A DNA stretch of 64,000 nucleotides from a virus, in IMG/VR virus record IMGVR_UViG_3300024520_000050, positions 1 through 64,000 of that record; one strand, 5' to 3'. Positions 54,695 to 64,000 of this stretch are shown here, in pieces. The stretch's first letter is position 1. Every line of letters begins with the position of its first letter. The notes beneath the pieces are model-generated. The model worked only from the letters and a program-made list of their open reading frames with translations, ran no database searches and was not told where the DNA came from. A program made the position numbers and the translations under genes.

Positions 54695-55537
54695 ATGCGA
54701 ATAGAACAGGCGCATTATCAATTTGAACTCTTATGGGATCGGGTCGCATCAAATGATCGGCCCGACTTCATGCCTTGGGAAAAGGATGAGTTCTTGAATA
54801 ATGCACAATGGATATTTTTGGAAGAAAGATATGAGTTAAGTAAACTTCGAAAAGGTTTTGAAGTAGATCAACTTACTATATCTGAATTAGCCAACTTACA
54901 CATTAAGTCTCCTGAGCTACAACCCGCTGTTACTCCTACAGATTTAACTGGAGGAAGATACGAAGTAAGACTTGATAATTTAGGTAATAATATTAATGGT
55001 CAATACTTTAGATATTTATTTTTAACAAAAGCTGAGATTACAATTGTAAAAGATAGTTGTACAAAGAAAGTCAGGCTTAAGATTCATCAAACAGATGATT
55101 TAAAAACTACTTTTAATCAACCTGATTGGGATTGGAATACAATACATGGTCAATTTGGAAAGTCAACATTTATAGCAACACCTACTACATCAATTGTAAT
55201 AGATGATACATTAGATAGATTGATGGACTTAGTGGCTGTTCCTGTACTTGCAACCGGACGATTTAATAATGATCAGTTGCAATCTTTATATCTTGATACA
55301 ACCGATATAGATGATGTTTCACAATACACTGTAACTAGTGCATGCATTAGTTATATTAAGTATCCTAATAGGGTATTCATTGGGGGATATGATCATATAG
55401 ATGGACAATCAACTTCAACTACACCTCAAATTCAATTTGATATAGACGAAGCGTTTCATCCTAAAATTGTTAAAATAGCAGTAGATCTTGCTATGATGGC
55501 AAATGGAGAAAAACAACAAGCTAAAACACAAAAATAA
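54695..55537 (+). CDS. head-tail adaptor/ring protein (crAss gene 74-like)
   Basis: EKDEFLNNAQ, YIKYP, FHPKIVKIAV motifs typical of ring proteins. Confidence 0.7.
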   Translation: MRIEQAHYQFELLWDRVASNDRPDFMPWEKDEFLNNAQWIFLEERYELSKLRKGFEVDQLTISELANLHIKSPELQPAVTPTDLTGGRYEVRLDNLGNNINGQYFRYLFLTKAEITIVKDSCTKKVRLKIHQTDDLKTTFNQPDWDWNTIHGQFGKSTFIATPTTSIVIDDTLDRLMDLVAVPVLATGRFNNDQLQSLYLDTTDIDDVSQYTVTSACISYIKYPNRVFIGGYDHIDGQSTSTTPQIQFDIDEAFHPKIVKIAVDLAMMANGEKQQAKTQK

Positions 55538-55572
55538 TATTAAACAATTTAATAATTAAATTTACTTAAACA

Positions 55573-56967
55573 ATGATAACAAAACACAGTCAAACAAAGT
55601 ACTTCGTATTGCACCCAAATGCAGTAGGTCCTACAGGAGTAGGTACTCTTTATAGTACAGCTACATTTTTACCTACAATGCCAGTTAATGCACTTGGATT
55701 TTATTCTCCAGTTGCAGGAAGTGGTAATCACAATCACTCTAATGGTGCGCCAGGAACAGCTTTTAAAGTAATCCAACGCAGAGATACTAGTGGTGATAAC
55801 TCACCTCTTTATAATCGTCCATGGGATGATTCAAGTTGGATTAACGCAAGTTGTTCAATAGGAGTTGTAATGAATCAAGTTAATGCTGCTTTAGGTAGTA
55901 ATGACTGTCACTTAGTAGGTAACCCTGCAGTTACTGCAGATGATATTGTTCCTGCTGATTTAACAACTTTTAGCTTACAAGCTTCAGGTCATGGTGATCG
56001 TACAGAATTATATAATAGTAATTATAGTACACCAACAACTTTTGGTACTTACACAACTCCTGATTTCTCATTGGGAACGTTGACAGTAGCACAACAAACA
56101 GATATGATCGTAGCTAATTTAGCTATGGATTTCAATAACAAATCTAAAGATATGTCATTCGTAATGGCATTATCTTCTGCAGGTGGAGCAGGAACAGGAG
56201 CAACTCCTATTCTTAATTTAAGCAATGGAACTGTTGCAGTTGGAACAGAAGTTATACTTGGATTTGATTCTAGTGGTAATACGCATTCTTTCATACTTAC
56301 ATCTGAAATGGTTACATCATTTGCTGCTTTAGAAGCTGCATTAGTAGCAGCACCATACTCTTTTGGAGCTGGAGCAGTTGACCTTGTACCTTATGTAATT
56401 CCTGGAACTACTGGCCCAGCCGCTGGATATGTTCGTGCAGGTCTTACTAATACAATGGACATGTTTGCGTTCATGGCTTTAGATGAAGGAAAAGCAATGT
56501 ATGACTACAGAATGGCTACTAAACGTAGAATTGAAATTGGTCTTACAGCTGGTCTAGACAACGTACCTCAAGTAAGAGTTGCAACTGGTGACGAAGGCGA
56601 AGGATATGCACATCAATTACAAATTGCATATAGAGAACATAACATGTATGAGCAGCATCACGTATCACGTATGCCTTATAACTCTTACAATGTTGAATTC
56701 CCTAATACTATCTTAGCTGATGGATTTTATGATTACTTCATTATAGAGCATTGTGATCAACGTACTGCAACTAGTGGAATGCCAACAGTTAATTTTGAAA
56801 CAACTGTAATAGCAGTAATCAATACAACTATTGGAGATGCTACAACTAATCCTTACTTTACAGGCCACGCATGGGCAGCAAACGCTGTTACACAACGTGC
56901 TTATTTAGTAACTGCATTACAATCATTCAATGCAACTAATTCATTAGGACAACCTACAATAACATAA
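55573..56967 (+). CDS. structural protein (crAss gene 73-like/auxiliary capsid)
   Basis: Synteny; GEGYA..E, YDYFIIEH motifs. Confidence 0.6.
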   Translation: MITKHSQTKYFVLHPNAVGPTGVGTLYSTATFLPTMPVNALGFYSPVAGSGNHNHSNGAPGTAFKVIQRRDTSGDNSPLYNRPWDDSSWINASCSIGVVMNQVNAALGSNDCHLVGNPAVTADDIVPADLTTFSLQASGHGDRTELYNSNYSTPTTFGTYTTPDFSLGTLTVAQQTDMIVANLAMDFNNKSKDMSFVMALSSAGGAGTGATPILNLSNGTVAVGTEVILGFDSSGNTHSFILTSEMVTSFAALEAALVAAPYSFGAGAVDLVPYVIPGTTGPAAGYVRAGLTNTMDMFAFMALDEGKAMYDYRMATKRRIEIGLTAGLDNVPQVRVATGDEGEGYAHQLQIAYREHNMYEQHHVSRMPYNSYNVEFPNTILADGFYDYFIIEHCDQRTATSGMPTVNFETTVIAVINTTIGDATTNPYFTGHAWAANAVTQRAYLVTALQSFNATNSLGQPTIT

Positions 56968-56979
56968 ACACATTAAATA

Positions 56980-58194
56980 ATGGCAGATCTCAATTTTTTA
57001 AATATAACAGATTGTGATGCTATAACATTTAATACTCCTACAACCCCAGGTCTACAGTATATCGAGTATATACTGGGATCTGAGGTTAAGGATTTTACAA
57101 ATGTTGATAAGTACACAATTACACATTCTACGAATTGTTGTTCGCCAGGTGTAACTACTAATGTTGCGCCACGCTATCAATTTGTACCTACAAAGGACTC
57201 ATGTGTAGCTGGACCTCCTTCTGGATCATATACTTTCCAGATAGCCGGAATGAATGGATTACTTATTCAGTCATTTACGATATCAACAGGGGGCCCACAA
57301 GCGCCATGGCCTTATGTTGTTACTGCTGCAGGGTTTACTTTTGTCGTACCAATTAATGATGCGCCAGGAGTTACTACAATAACAGTGGTAATAACTACAA
57401 TTTCTGGGTTTGAATATACAGTTGCTTTTGATGTTACACAATCAGGTGTATCATGTGATGGTACAATAGGTAATATAGTTATTACTTATCCAACATTACC
57501 TACTAATATAGTTAGTTCAATAGGGGAATTTGCAACTAGTGGGTTAGTCGCACCAGCAATAGGTATATCATTTACAATAACAGCTGATGTTAGAGGTACG
57601 GCAGGGAACAGCATATTAATTACATTGGATAATGTTAATACCATGGAGCAACTTGTTGCAAATTGGAATGCTACTTATCCAGCTAATACCTGTAGTATAG
57701 TTTATACATTAGGTTCAGGATACATATCTAATACACCAGTAAGTGTACAATTATCAGGTGGAGTTGCAGTACCTACAGCAGGAGCTGAATTATCACTTAA
57801 TTCTCTATTAGTTAAAACAACTTTGAGCGCAGGTACATACGAAGTTATCTTTTGCGAGGTACTTCAAAACGCAACTTCAACATGTATACAAAATCATATA
57901 TTTATTGATTGTGGGCCACTTAAGTGTGAAGTAGTTAATAAATTAGTACTATGTGTAGATTCTAACATAATGGATATATACAATGCGCTATCATGGGGAA
58001 ACTCTTGTACTGATACAGTTACTTATACTGAATTCTGTGCACTATATGAAATATTAACAATCATATTAGAAACAGATGGATGTTACGGTAGCCTGGATGA
58101 ATGTAACTGCTCAAGTGCAGTAACAATAGCAAATAGTCTTAGCCCAATAGCATACCCAACTCAATCAAACGGTAATCCGTGTTCAACATGTTAA
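56980..58194 (+). CDS. structural protein with Ig-like repeats and Cys-rich C-terminus
   Basis: Beta-rich T/S/G composition; CGPLKCEV..CNCS. Confidence 0.65.
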   Translation: MADLNFLNITDCDAITFNTPTTPGLQYIEYILGSEVKDFTNVDKYTITHSTNCCSPGVTTNVAPRYQFVPTKDSCVAGPPSGSYTFQIAGMNGLLIQSFTISTGGPQAPWPYVVTAAGFTFVVPINDAPGVTTITVVITTISGFEYTVAFDVTQSGVSCDGTIGNIVITYPTLPTNIVSSIGEFATSGLVAPAIGISFTITADVRGTAGNSILITLDNVNTMEQLVANWNATYPANTCSIVYTLGSGYISNTPVSVQLSGGVAVPTAGAELSLNSLLVKTTLSAGTYEVIFCEVLQNATSTCIQNHIFIDCGPLKCEVVNKLVLCVDSNIMDIYNALSWGNSCTDTVTYTEFCALYEILTIILETDGCYGSLDECNCSSAVTIANSLSPIAYPTQSNGNPCSTC

Positions 58195-58197
58195 AAT

Positions 58198-58437
58198 ATG
58201 AACCCAAACTTAAAATGCCACTTTGTATCACAATTAGCTAAATTCTCACAACGAGTATTATATGGCTATAGATGTGAAATGGAATCATTATTTGCCGACG
58301 TTAAAACTGTTAGAAGATTCATTACAATTGAAGATAATATTGTAGAATGTGCAGTAAGTGGTACAGTAATTAATGATCTTAATAAATATAGAAAGACGTT
58401 GACAACTAATTATACAAGTGCCTGTAGAGGTTGCTAA
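58198..58437 (+). CDS. small structural protein
   Basis: Late operon; YGYRC motif. Confidence 0.6.
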   Translation: MNPNLKCHFVSQLAKFSQRVLYGYRCEMESLFADVKTVRRFITIEDNIVECAVSGTVINDLNKYRKTLTTNYTSACRGC

Positions 58438-58486
58438 ATGAATAATATAACAATAATAATAATAATAATATAAAATATAAAATAAA

Positions 58487-60283
58487 ATGGCAATACCTAA
58501 ATTTTATTTAGATAATAGGTTTGATAATGCTCGTAGTAGTTCTCATATCGGTATGACTAAAAATACAGAGCTAGGATGGTTCATTAATAAATACATGAAC
58601 ACAGCAGGACCGACCGTACTTTTTGGTGATGGTACTGTACTATTACCATCTGTATCTAACCTTGGTGATACAAATACAGGTCTATACTTTACAACAGCTG
58701 ATGAGGTTTCTATCTCAACAGGTGGAGTTAAAGCAGCAGGATTTGGAACAACAGGACTTGAATTAGCATTAGACTTATTCTTCACAGAAGAAGTAAATCA
58801 TGTAGCGCAAGTACTTACATCAACTACAGCTACAACAGCAGGTGGTAATTTAACTATTTCATCTGGTATCGGTGCAACTACTGGCGCAGGTGGAATTACA
58901 ACAGTAATCTCAGGAGCTGGTGGTCTTACTGGAACAGGAGGAGCATTAACAATGTCTTCTGGAGCAGGAGGAGCAACTTCAGGTGATTCTGGAGTAGTAA
59001 CAATACAATCAGCAGATGAAACTAGTACTGATCTTTCTGGAACAGTATCAATTACATCAGGAACAACAGTAAGTGCTGATTCTGGAGCATTAACAATCGA
59101 TTCTGGAGCAGTAGCTACTCTTGGGGGATCAGGAGCAGTTACAGTAGCATCTGGTGCTTCATCAACTTCTGGATTATCAGGAGTAGTATTAATTACATCA
59201 GGAACAACAGTAGACACAGCATCTGGAACTATGACTTCTACTACAGGAGCTGTAGCAACATCAGGTAACTCTGGAGCAAATACAGTGTCAACAGGAGCCT
59301 CTACTACAGCAGGTGATTCAGGAATTATGAGTGTTTTATCTGGAGCTGCTACAACTGGAGATACAGGAAATGTAGAAGTTAAATCTGGTGATGTAGCTAC
59401 TTTAGGTGCATCTGGAACATTAACAGTTTCTACAGGAGTTTCTAGTACATCTGGTGCTTCTGGAGCATTAGTTGTATCTACTGGTGATACAGTTGATACA
59501 ACATCGGGTATAGCATCTATTTTTACAGGTGATGTATCTACTTCAGGTAACTCTGGAGCAGTTAGTATTAAATCTGGAGATTCTGCAGTAGCAGGAGATT
59601 CTGGTACATCAACTATTGATACAGGAGAAGTAGTAACTGGCGATTCAGGAGCTAGTACTCTTACTACAGGAGATGTAACAACATTAGGGGCTTCGGGATT
59701 AGCTGAAGTTTCAACTGGAGATTCAACTACTTCTGGAGCAACAGGAGCAATTAATATAGTTTCTGGTGACGCTACAATAGGTAGTTCTGGGGTAATTAGT
59801 ATAACATCAGGAAATACCGCGTCAGGTTTAGCAGGAGATATTATCTTAACAACAGGAACACATACATCTGCAACAGTTGTACCAATCGTACAATTGACTA
59901 AAGGTGTAGCACAAAAACCTACATCAACAGCAGTAGCAACTGGAGCAACAGCAACAGTTAGTGGTGTTATTAGTGGATGTTTAGGAGTTACAGGAACTAC
60001 AGGTAATGTTACACTTCCAACTGGTACTGAAATTAGTACTGCATTGGGATCACCAACACCAGGTATGTCTTTCGACTTTGTAGTTAATACAATAGCAATG
60101 ACAGCAGCTAACGTTGCAACAATTGTAGTTGCAGCAGGAATCGTAACACAGAAAATGATTTCAGCAGGTGATGTAGCCACAGACCAACTTTTAACTGTAA
60201 CAAATACTGCTAACGTAAATGTTGGTATATTTAGAATGGTTAATATTGGAGCTAACTCTTGGTCATTACATAGATTAGCATAA
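58487..60283 (+). CDS. G/T/S-rich repetitive fibre/spike protein (beta-solenoid-like)
   Basis: About 17-aa repeat SG-(A/V)-x-I-x-SG/TG-x-S/A-TT across residues about 110-480. Confidence 0.75.
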   Translation: MAIPKFYLDNRFDNARSSSHIGMTKNTELGWFINKYMNTAGPTVLFGDGTVLLPSVSNLGDTNTGLYFTTADEVSISTGGVKAAGFGTTGLELALDLFFTEEVNHVAQVLTSTTATTAGGNLTISSGIGATTGAGGITTVISGAGGLTGTGGALTMSSGAGGATSGDSGVVTIQSADETSTDLSGTVSITSGTTVSADSGALTIDSGAVATLGGSGAVTVASGASSTSGLSGVVLITSGTTVDTASGTMTSTTGAVATSGNSGANTVSTGASTTAGDSGIMSVLSGAATTGDTGNVEVKSGDVATLGASGTLTVSTGVSSTSGASGALVVSTGDTVDTTSGIASIFTGDVSTSGNSGAVSIKSGDSAVAGDSGTSTIDTGEVVTGDSGASTLTTGDVTTLGASGLAEVSTGDSTTSGATGAINIVSGDATIGSSGVISITSGNTASGLAGDIILTTGTHTSATVVPIVQLTKGVAQKPTSTAVATGATATVSGVISGCLGVTGTTGNVTLPTGTEISTALGSPTPGMSFDFVVNTIAMTAANVATIVVAAGIVTQKMISAGDVATDQLLTVTNTANVNVGIFRMVNIGANSWSLHRLA

Positions 60284-60349
60284 TAAGACAGGATAATAAA
60301 TAATTAATAATGGCAGACTTAGTTCTGCCATTATTTTAAATAAAATATA

Positions 60350-60751
60350 ATGAATCCAGGAAAACATGCTGCACGTCAGCAAACTTCAGTGTCTGCATTA
60401 AATAAGATAATCTTAAGATTGCAGGAACTTAAAGCACAAACAGTAGCAACTGCTGCAGGATTGGCATCATTAGCAGAGCAACAAACCCAAACAGCATTAC
60501 TTACTACTATTGATACTAATATAGCTGATATAGAAGTATTATTAGCAAAAGGTAATTTGCAGATATTAGAACAAGAAGCTACCGATTTAGTTAAAACGTT
60601 TGCTTATTTAGATGCTGGAGCAGCTGATGAAAGAGTAAGTACTATTATATATACAAGTCCTGTAGATTTTCCAGCAATTACTGTAACTAAAACATTTGTT
60701 TATGCAGGTATAGCTGGAGCATATAGAGTAAGTACTATCACATTATCTTAA
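60350..60751 (+). CDS. tail-associated protein
   Basis: Coiled coil then YLDAG..ERVSTIIY motif. Confidence 0.6.
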   Translation: MNPGKHAARQQTSVSALNKIILRLQELKAQTVATAAGLASLAEQQTQTALLTTIDTNIADIEVLLAKGNLQILEQEATDLVKTFAYLDAGAADERVSTIIYTSPVDFPAITVTKTFVYAGIAGAYRVSTITLS

Positions 60752-60763
60752 TACTAAAAACTA

Positions 60764-61192
60764 ATGGCTATAAAAACAATACATAATCCTTTACTAGAAG
60801 AAGGATTTCAGAAACTAAATGATGTTAGTAATAGTTCTTTCGTACAAGAAATTACTTTAAGTGATGCCACTCAAAATACTATAACAGGTTCTAAAGGTAT
60901 TACTGATGATTCAGTACAATCTTTTATTTCTAGAGTGACTGCAATTAAAACATCAACAGGAGATGTATGGTGTCATGAATTTCGTGGTGCTATTAAACGT
61001 ATCAGTACTGTAACTTCTTTAGTTGATACAGTAGTAGATGTATACATAGCAGAAGACACTGCTACAGCAGCTTATGCTGTTGCATTTGTAGCTAATGCGG
61101 GTACAGATGAATTAGATATTAAAGTTACATCAGGTGATGCTAACGAAATTAAATGGAAATCAGAAACAGTATTTAGTGAAATAACATTTTAA
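60764..61192 (+). CDS. tail-associated protein
   Basis: Beta-rich; LDIKVTSG..IKWK. Confidence 0.6.
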   Translation: MAIKTIHNPLLEEGFQKLNDVSNSSFVQEITLSDATQNTITGSKGITDDSVQSFISRVTAIKTSTGDVWCHEFRGAIKRISTVTSLVDTVVDVYIAEDTATAAYAVAFVANAGTDELDIKVTSGDANEIKWKSETVFSEITF

Positions 61193-61194
61193 TT

Positions 61195-61914
61195 ATGATA
61201 ATAAAAGAATTAACTAGCATAAAAGAAATAAGTAAGATGCGACATATTCCTTCTTATTATACAACATTTGATGCTATTAATGAAGATATAGATATGGGGG
61301 ATGCTGCAACATTACGTTTTGATAGAACAGATCCATTTAGTATATCATTCTGGGTGAATAATTCAGATTGGAATGCCGGCTTCATGGTATCTAAACGTGA
61401 AACTTCAGTTAATTACGCGGGATATATGATAATAAGTAGTGCAAATAAATTAAGAGTTATATTGCGTTCTACTCTCTCCAAAGCATTAGATGTAATTACT
61501 AATGCAACTCTCACTAATGGTCAAGATTACTTTATTACAGTGACTTATGATGGCTTATCTTTGTCATCAAGTTTAAAAGTATATGTAGATTCAATTTCCT
61601 CAGCATTAACAGTTACAACATCAACTTTAACTTCAAGTATAGCTAATAGTCAACCATTTAAAATTGGTAGTGCAAATGTTGGTGGATACTTCAATGGAAG
61701 TTTAGATGAAGTAGCAGTATTTAGTTCAACACTAACACAAGTAGAAATTGATTTATTATATGGTTTGGGTAAAACTGTTATGAGTAGTTACTCAGTAATA
61801 CCTACTTTAGTATCACATTGGAAGATGGATACATTAAATCCAGTTGATGAAACAGGAACTAATAATGGTACATCAGCCAACATGGACAGCACTAATATTA
61901 TAGAATTTTATTAA
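61195..61914 (+). CDS. LamG/concanavalin A-like domain protein
   Basis: FSISFWV, FITVTYDG, LKVYVD, FNGSLDEVAVF, LVSHWKMD. Confidence 0.85.
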   Translation: MIIKELTSIKEISKMRHIPSYYTTFDAINEDIDMGDAATLRFDRTDPFSISFWVNNSDWNAGFMVSKRETSVNYAGYMIISSANKLRVILRSTLSKALDVITNATLTNGQDYFITVTYDGLSLSSSLKVYVDSISSALTVTTSTLTSSIANSQPFKIGSANVGGYFNGSLDEVAVFSSTLTQVEIDLLYGLGKTVMSSYSVIPTLVSHWKMDTLNPVDETGTNNGTSANMDSTNIIEFY

Positions 61915-61920
61915 ATAATA

Positions 61921-62226
61921 ATGATGAGTAGAGAATATTATAAAATAAAAATACCTAATCCTCAAAGTCAAATTCAACATACAATAGATGTTAGTATTGG
62001 TGTAGATGATACACAAAGGTACTCATTAGATGGTAAATATGTTATTATTAAAACTACACCATCAATCATCAATATAAAAATTAATACAGGAGTTAGTAGA
62101 GATACGATATTCCCGCCAGGACTTACTACTCAATTAACATATGAAGAAGCTCGTATTCTCATGACAACAGAGGATTGGCAAACAGATTTGAAAGTTTATA
62201 AAAAGATAAACAATGGCAAAGAATAA
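61921..62226 (+). CDS. small tail-associated protein
   Basis: TQRYSLDG..VIIK..LTYEEA..TEDW. Confidence 0.65.
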   Translation: MMSREYYKIKIPNPQSQIQHTIDVSIGVDDTQRYSLDGKYVIIKTTPSIINIKINTGVSRDTIFPPGLTTQLTYEEARILMTTEDWQTDLKVYKKINNGKE

Positions 62227-62767
62227 AATAGAAAAATCAGATGGGCATTATCTTGCAGGAACTGAAGTAACAGTAGATACTGAAATTAATTTTGTTAATA
62301 CTTCAAATCCTGAAATAGATACAACTGGTGGAAGCTTTATATGGAAACTAATAACAGCCGTAGCTTCTGCATGGAAACTTAGAGATGATACAAAAGGACA
62401 AGACATAATTACTATTGACAGTAGTACTGATACAGTAACAGCTAATGCTACTGATTATACTTTTGTAGGATTTGGTGCTGCAAGCGCCGCAACAGCTATT
62501 GTATTTACAATTGAATCAACTAGTTATAATGCAGTCGCATTTGATTGGGTTGATATGACTACAGCTGGGACAGGTAAAACAGTTACATTCCCAGCTTCTC
62601 CAGTTGCTGATGATATTATAAAAGTATCTAAAGCAGATAGCGGAGTAGGAGTAATTACCGTAGATGGTAATGGTAAAAATATAAATGGTGCTGCAAATGA
62701 CACGATCAATAGTCAATACACAATTGTTTCGTATCAATATAATGGTACTGAATGGCGTAAATTTTAA
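62213..62767 (+). CDS. tail fibre-associated protein
   Basis: TVTFPASP..IIKVSKAD..ITVDGNGKNING..YNGTEW. Confidence 0.7.
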   Translation: MAKNKIEKSDGHYLAGTEVTVDTEINFVNTSNPEIDTTGGSFIWKLITAVASAWKLRDDTKGQDIITIDSSTDTVTANATDYTFVGFGAASAATAIVFTIESTSYNAVAFDWVDMTTAGTGKTVTFPASPVADDIIKVSKADSGVGVITVDGNGKNINGAANDTINSQYTIVSYQYNGTEWRKF

Positions 62768-62780
62768 AACAGTAATTTAA

Positions 62781-63551
62781 ATGGCATATACAGAAATATC
62801 AAGAGATTTTTTAATCGAAGTAGCAAGAGGCAATGTACCAGGTCATTCTTTAGTACATAAGTTTGGACGAAACGCAAATGTACCTAATGGGACGTTTGAA
62901 GGAGTAACTCAATTATCTGAATCATTTAATTTTCTAACAGCAGCAAGTACTGTAAGAATTAAAGCAGGAGGAGATGCTGCAGATACAGCTGCAGGTGCAG
63001 GTGCACAAAGTATTACAATAGAAGGTTTAGATAATACTGGAGCTTTTGCAACTGAAACAATTGCAACAGCAGGAGTTTCAGCAAGTTCAGTTACATCTAC
63101 AAGTTTTTGGAGAGTATTCAGAGCATATGTAGGAGATGGAGGATGTGGTACTTATGGTGCTGCAAATACTGCTAATATAGTAATTGAAAATGGTACAGGA
63201 GGTACTAATTTAATAATGATAGCTATCGAAGAAGGACAAAGTCAATATGGAGCATATGCTATTCCTCTCGGTAAAACAGGTTATTTATTAAGTGTGAAAG
63301 TTCAAGCAGATGGAAGTAAAGCTGCAGATTTTAAATTATGTACACGAAATAATCTAACAGATTTCACTACACCTTTTAGTCCTAATAGAATTAAATTTTA
63401 TTGGGATGGAGTTCTAGGATCTGATACTTTAAATCCAAATTCACCGTTACTATCAATGTCAGCTCTGACTGATATATGGGTAGAAGCCGCAGGTGGTGGA
63501 GCCCAAACAGAAGTTAGTATAGATTTTGAGATTTTATTAGTAGACGATTAA
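62781..63551 (+). CDS. structural protein
   Basis: VHKFGRN, FWRVFRAYV, YAIPLGKTGYL motifs. Confidence 0.65.
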   Translation: MAYTEISRDFLIEVARGNVPGHSLVHKFGRNANVPNGTFEGVTQLSESFNFLTAASTVRIKAGGDAADTAAGAGAQSITIEGLDNTGAFATETIATAGVSASSVTSTSFWRVFRAYVGDGGCGTYGAANTANIVIENGTGGTNLIMIAIEEGQSQYGAYAIPLGKTGYLLSVKVQADGSKAADFKLCTRNNLTDFTTPFSPNRIKFYWDGVLGSDTLNPNSPLLSMSALTDIWVEAAGGGAQTEVSIDFEILLVDD

Positions 63552-63561
63552 AATAAATAAT

Positions 63562-63843
63562 ATGTATAGGATAGATAAAACACAAGCTTTAACAATAGCA
63601 GGTACAGATACTTATACTGTTACAGCTACTACAACAATGAGTTCTTACATTACAGGTGAGGCTATATTATGTATATTTACTAATGCTAATACTGGCGCTG
63701 CAACTCTAAATGTAAACAGTTTAGGTGCTAAAGCTATTCAAAAGAATGGTGGTACTGCATTAGCAGCAAGTGATATTAACGCAGGTCAACCTTTTTGGTT
63801 AGTATATGACGGAACTGATTATCAATTAGTAGGAACTGTTTAA
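63562..63843 (+). CDS. tail fibre domain protein
   Basis: FTNANTGAATLNVNSLGAKAI..AGQ..LVYDGT. Confidence 0.7.
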   Translation: MYRIDKTQALTIAGTDTYTVTATTTMSSYITGEAILCIFTNANTGAATLNVNSLGAKAIQKNGGTALAASDINAGQPFWLVYDGTDYQLVGTV

Positions 63844-63885
63844 ACTAATATAAATAAAAATTAAATAAAAATTAAATAAATAATA

Positions 63886-64000
63886 ATGAGTAGTTTATCA
63901 GTACAAGACGTTGACCTTATAGGAAGACTAAATGAATTTAGAGGAGCAGATATACCTTCTGCAGCTACAACAGATATAGCGATTGCTGATGGTAATCTTG
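63886..64000 (+). CDS. partial CDS truncated by window end
   Basis: MSSLSVQDVDLIGRLNEFRGADIPSAATTDIAIADGNL... Confidence 0.6.
   Translation, partial: MSSLSVQDVDLIGRLNEFRGADIPSAATTDIAIADGNL

Noticed and set aside
58798-60180. 460-aa minus-strand ORF (and 58543-58785)
   Set aside because: Shadow of the repetitive G/T/S-rich plus-strand gene; codon bias removes antisense stops
56980-63843. Diversity-generating retroelement in tail genes
   Set aside because: No reverse transcriptase and no TR/VR pair differing at adenines were seen in this window

Overview
This AT-rich window comes from a large Bacteroidota-type tailed phage, probably Crassvirales-like judging by head-module gene order and motifs. 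It has two divergent arms that meet at about 36 kb. The left arm (1-35981, minus strand) holds about 75 mostly small accessory or early genes. These include a Nudix hydrolase, an Rnl2-type RNA ligase, two DUF4343-like ATP-grasp proteins, a 714-aa YfaP-like protein and a roughly 14-member paralog family. They are interleaved with five tRNA-like elements with abnormal or missing anticodon domains and many GC-richer intergenic blocks closed by long-range inverted repeats (candidate ncRNAs). The right arm (36223-64000, plus strand) is the late module: wHTH, HU/IHF-like and GroES-like proteins, spanin-like proteins, a DEDD exonuclease, a Tad1-like anti-defence sponge, endolysin, TerL, portal, GroEL, scaffold-like protein, major capsid protein and tail or fibre genes. 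The most notable observations are a small gene next to the Tad1-like gene whose C-terminus copies an internal major-capsid segment (possible capsid decoy), the dispersed tRNA-mimic and ncRNA arsenal with an RNA ligase, the expanded paralog family, and a TACTCAAA leader motif in front of early genes. All assignments are by eye from motifs and gene order; no searches or folding programs were run. No DNA or RNA polymerase, CRISPR array or reverse transcriptase was seen.
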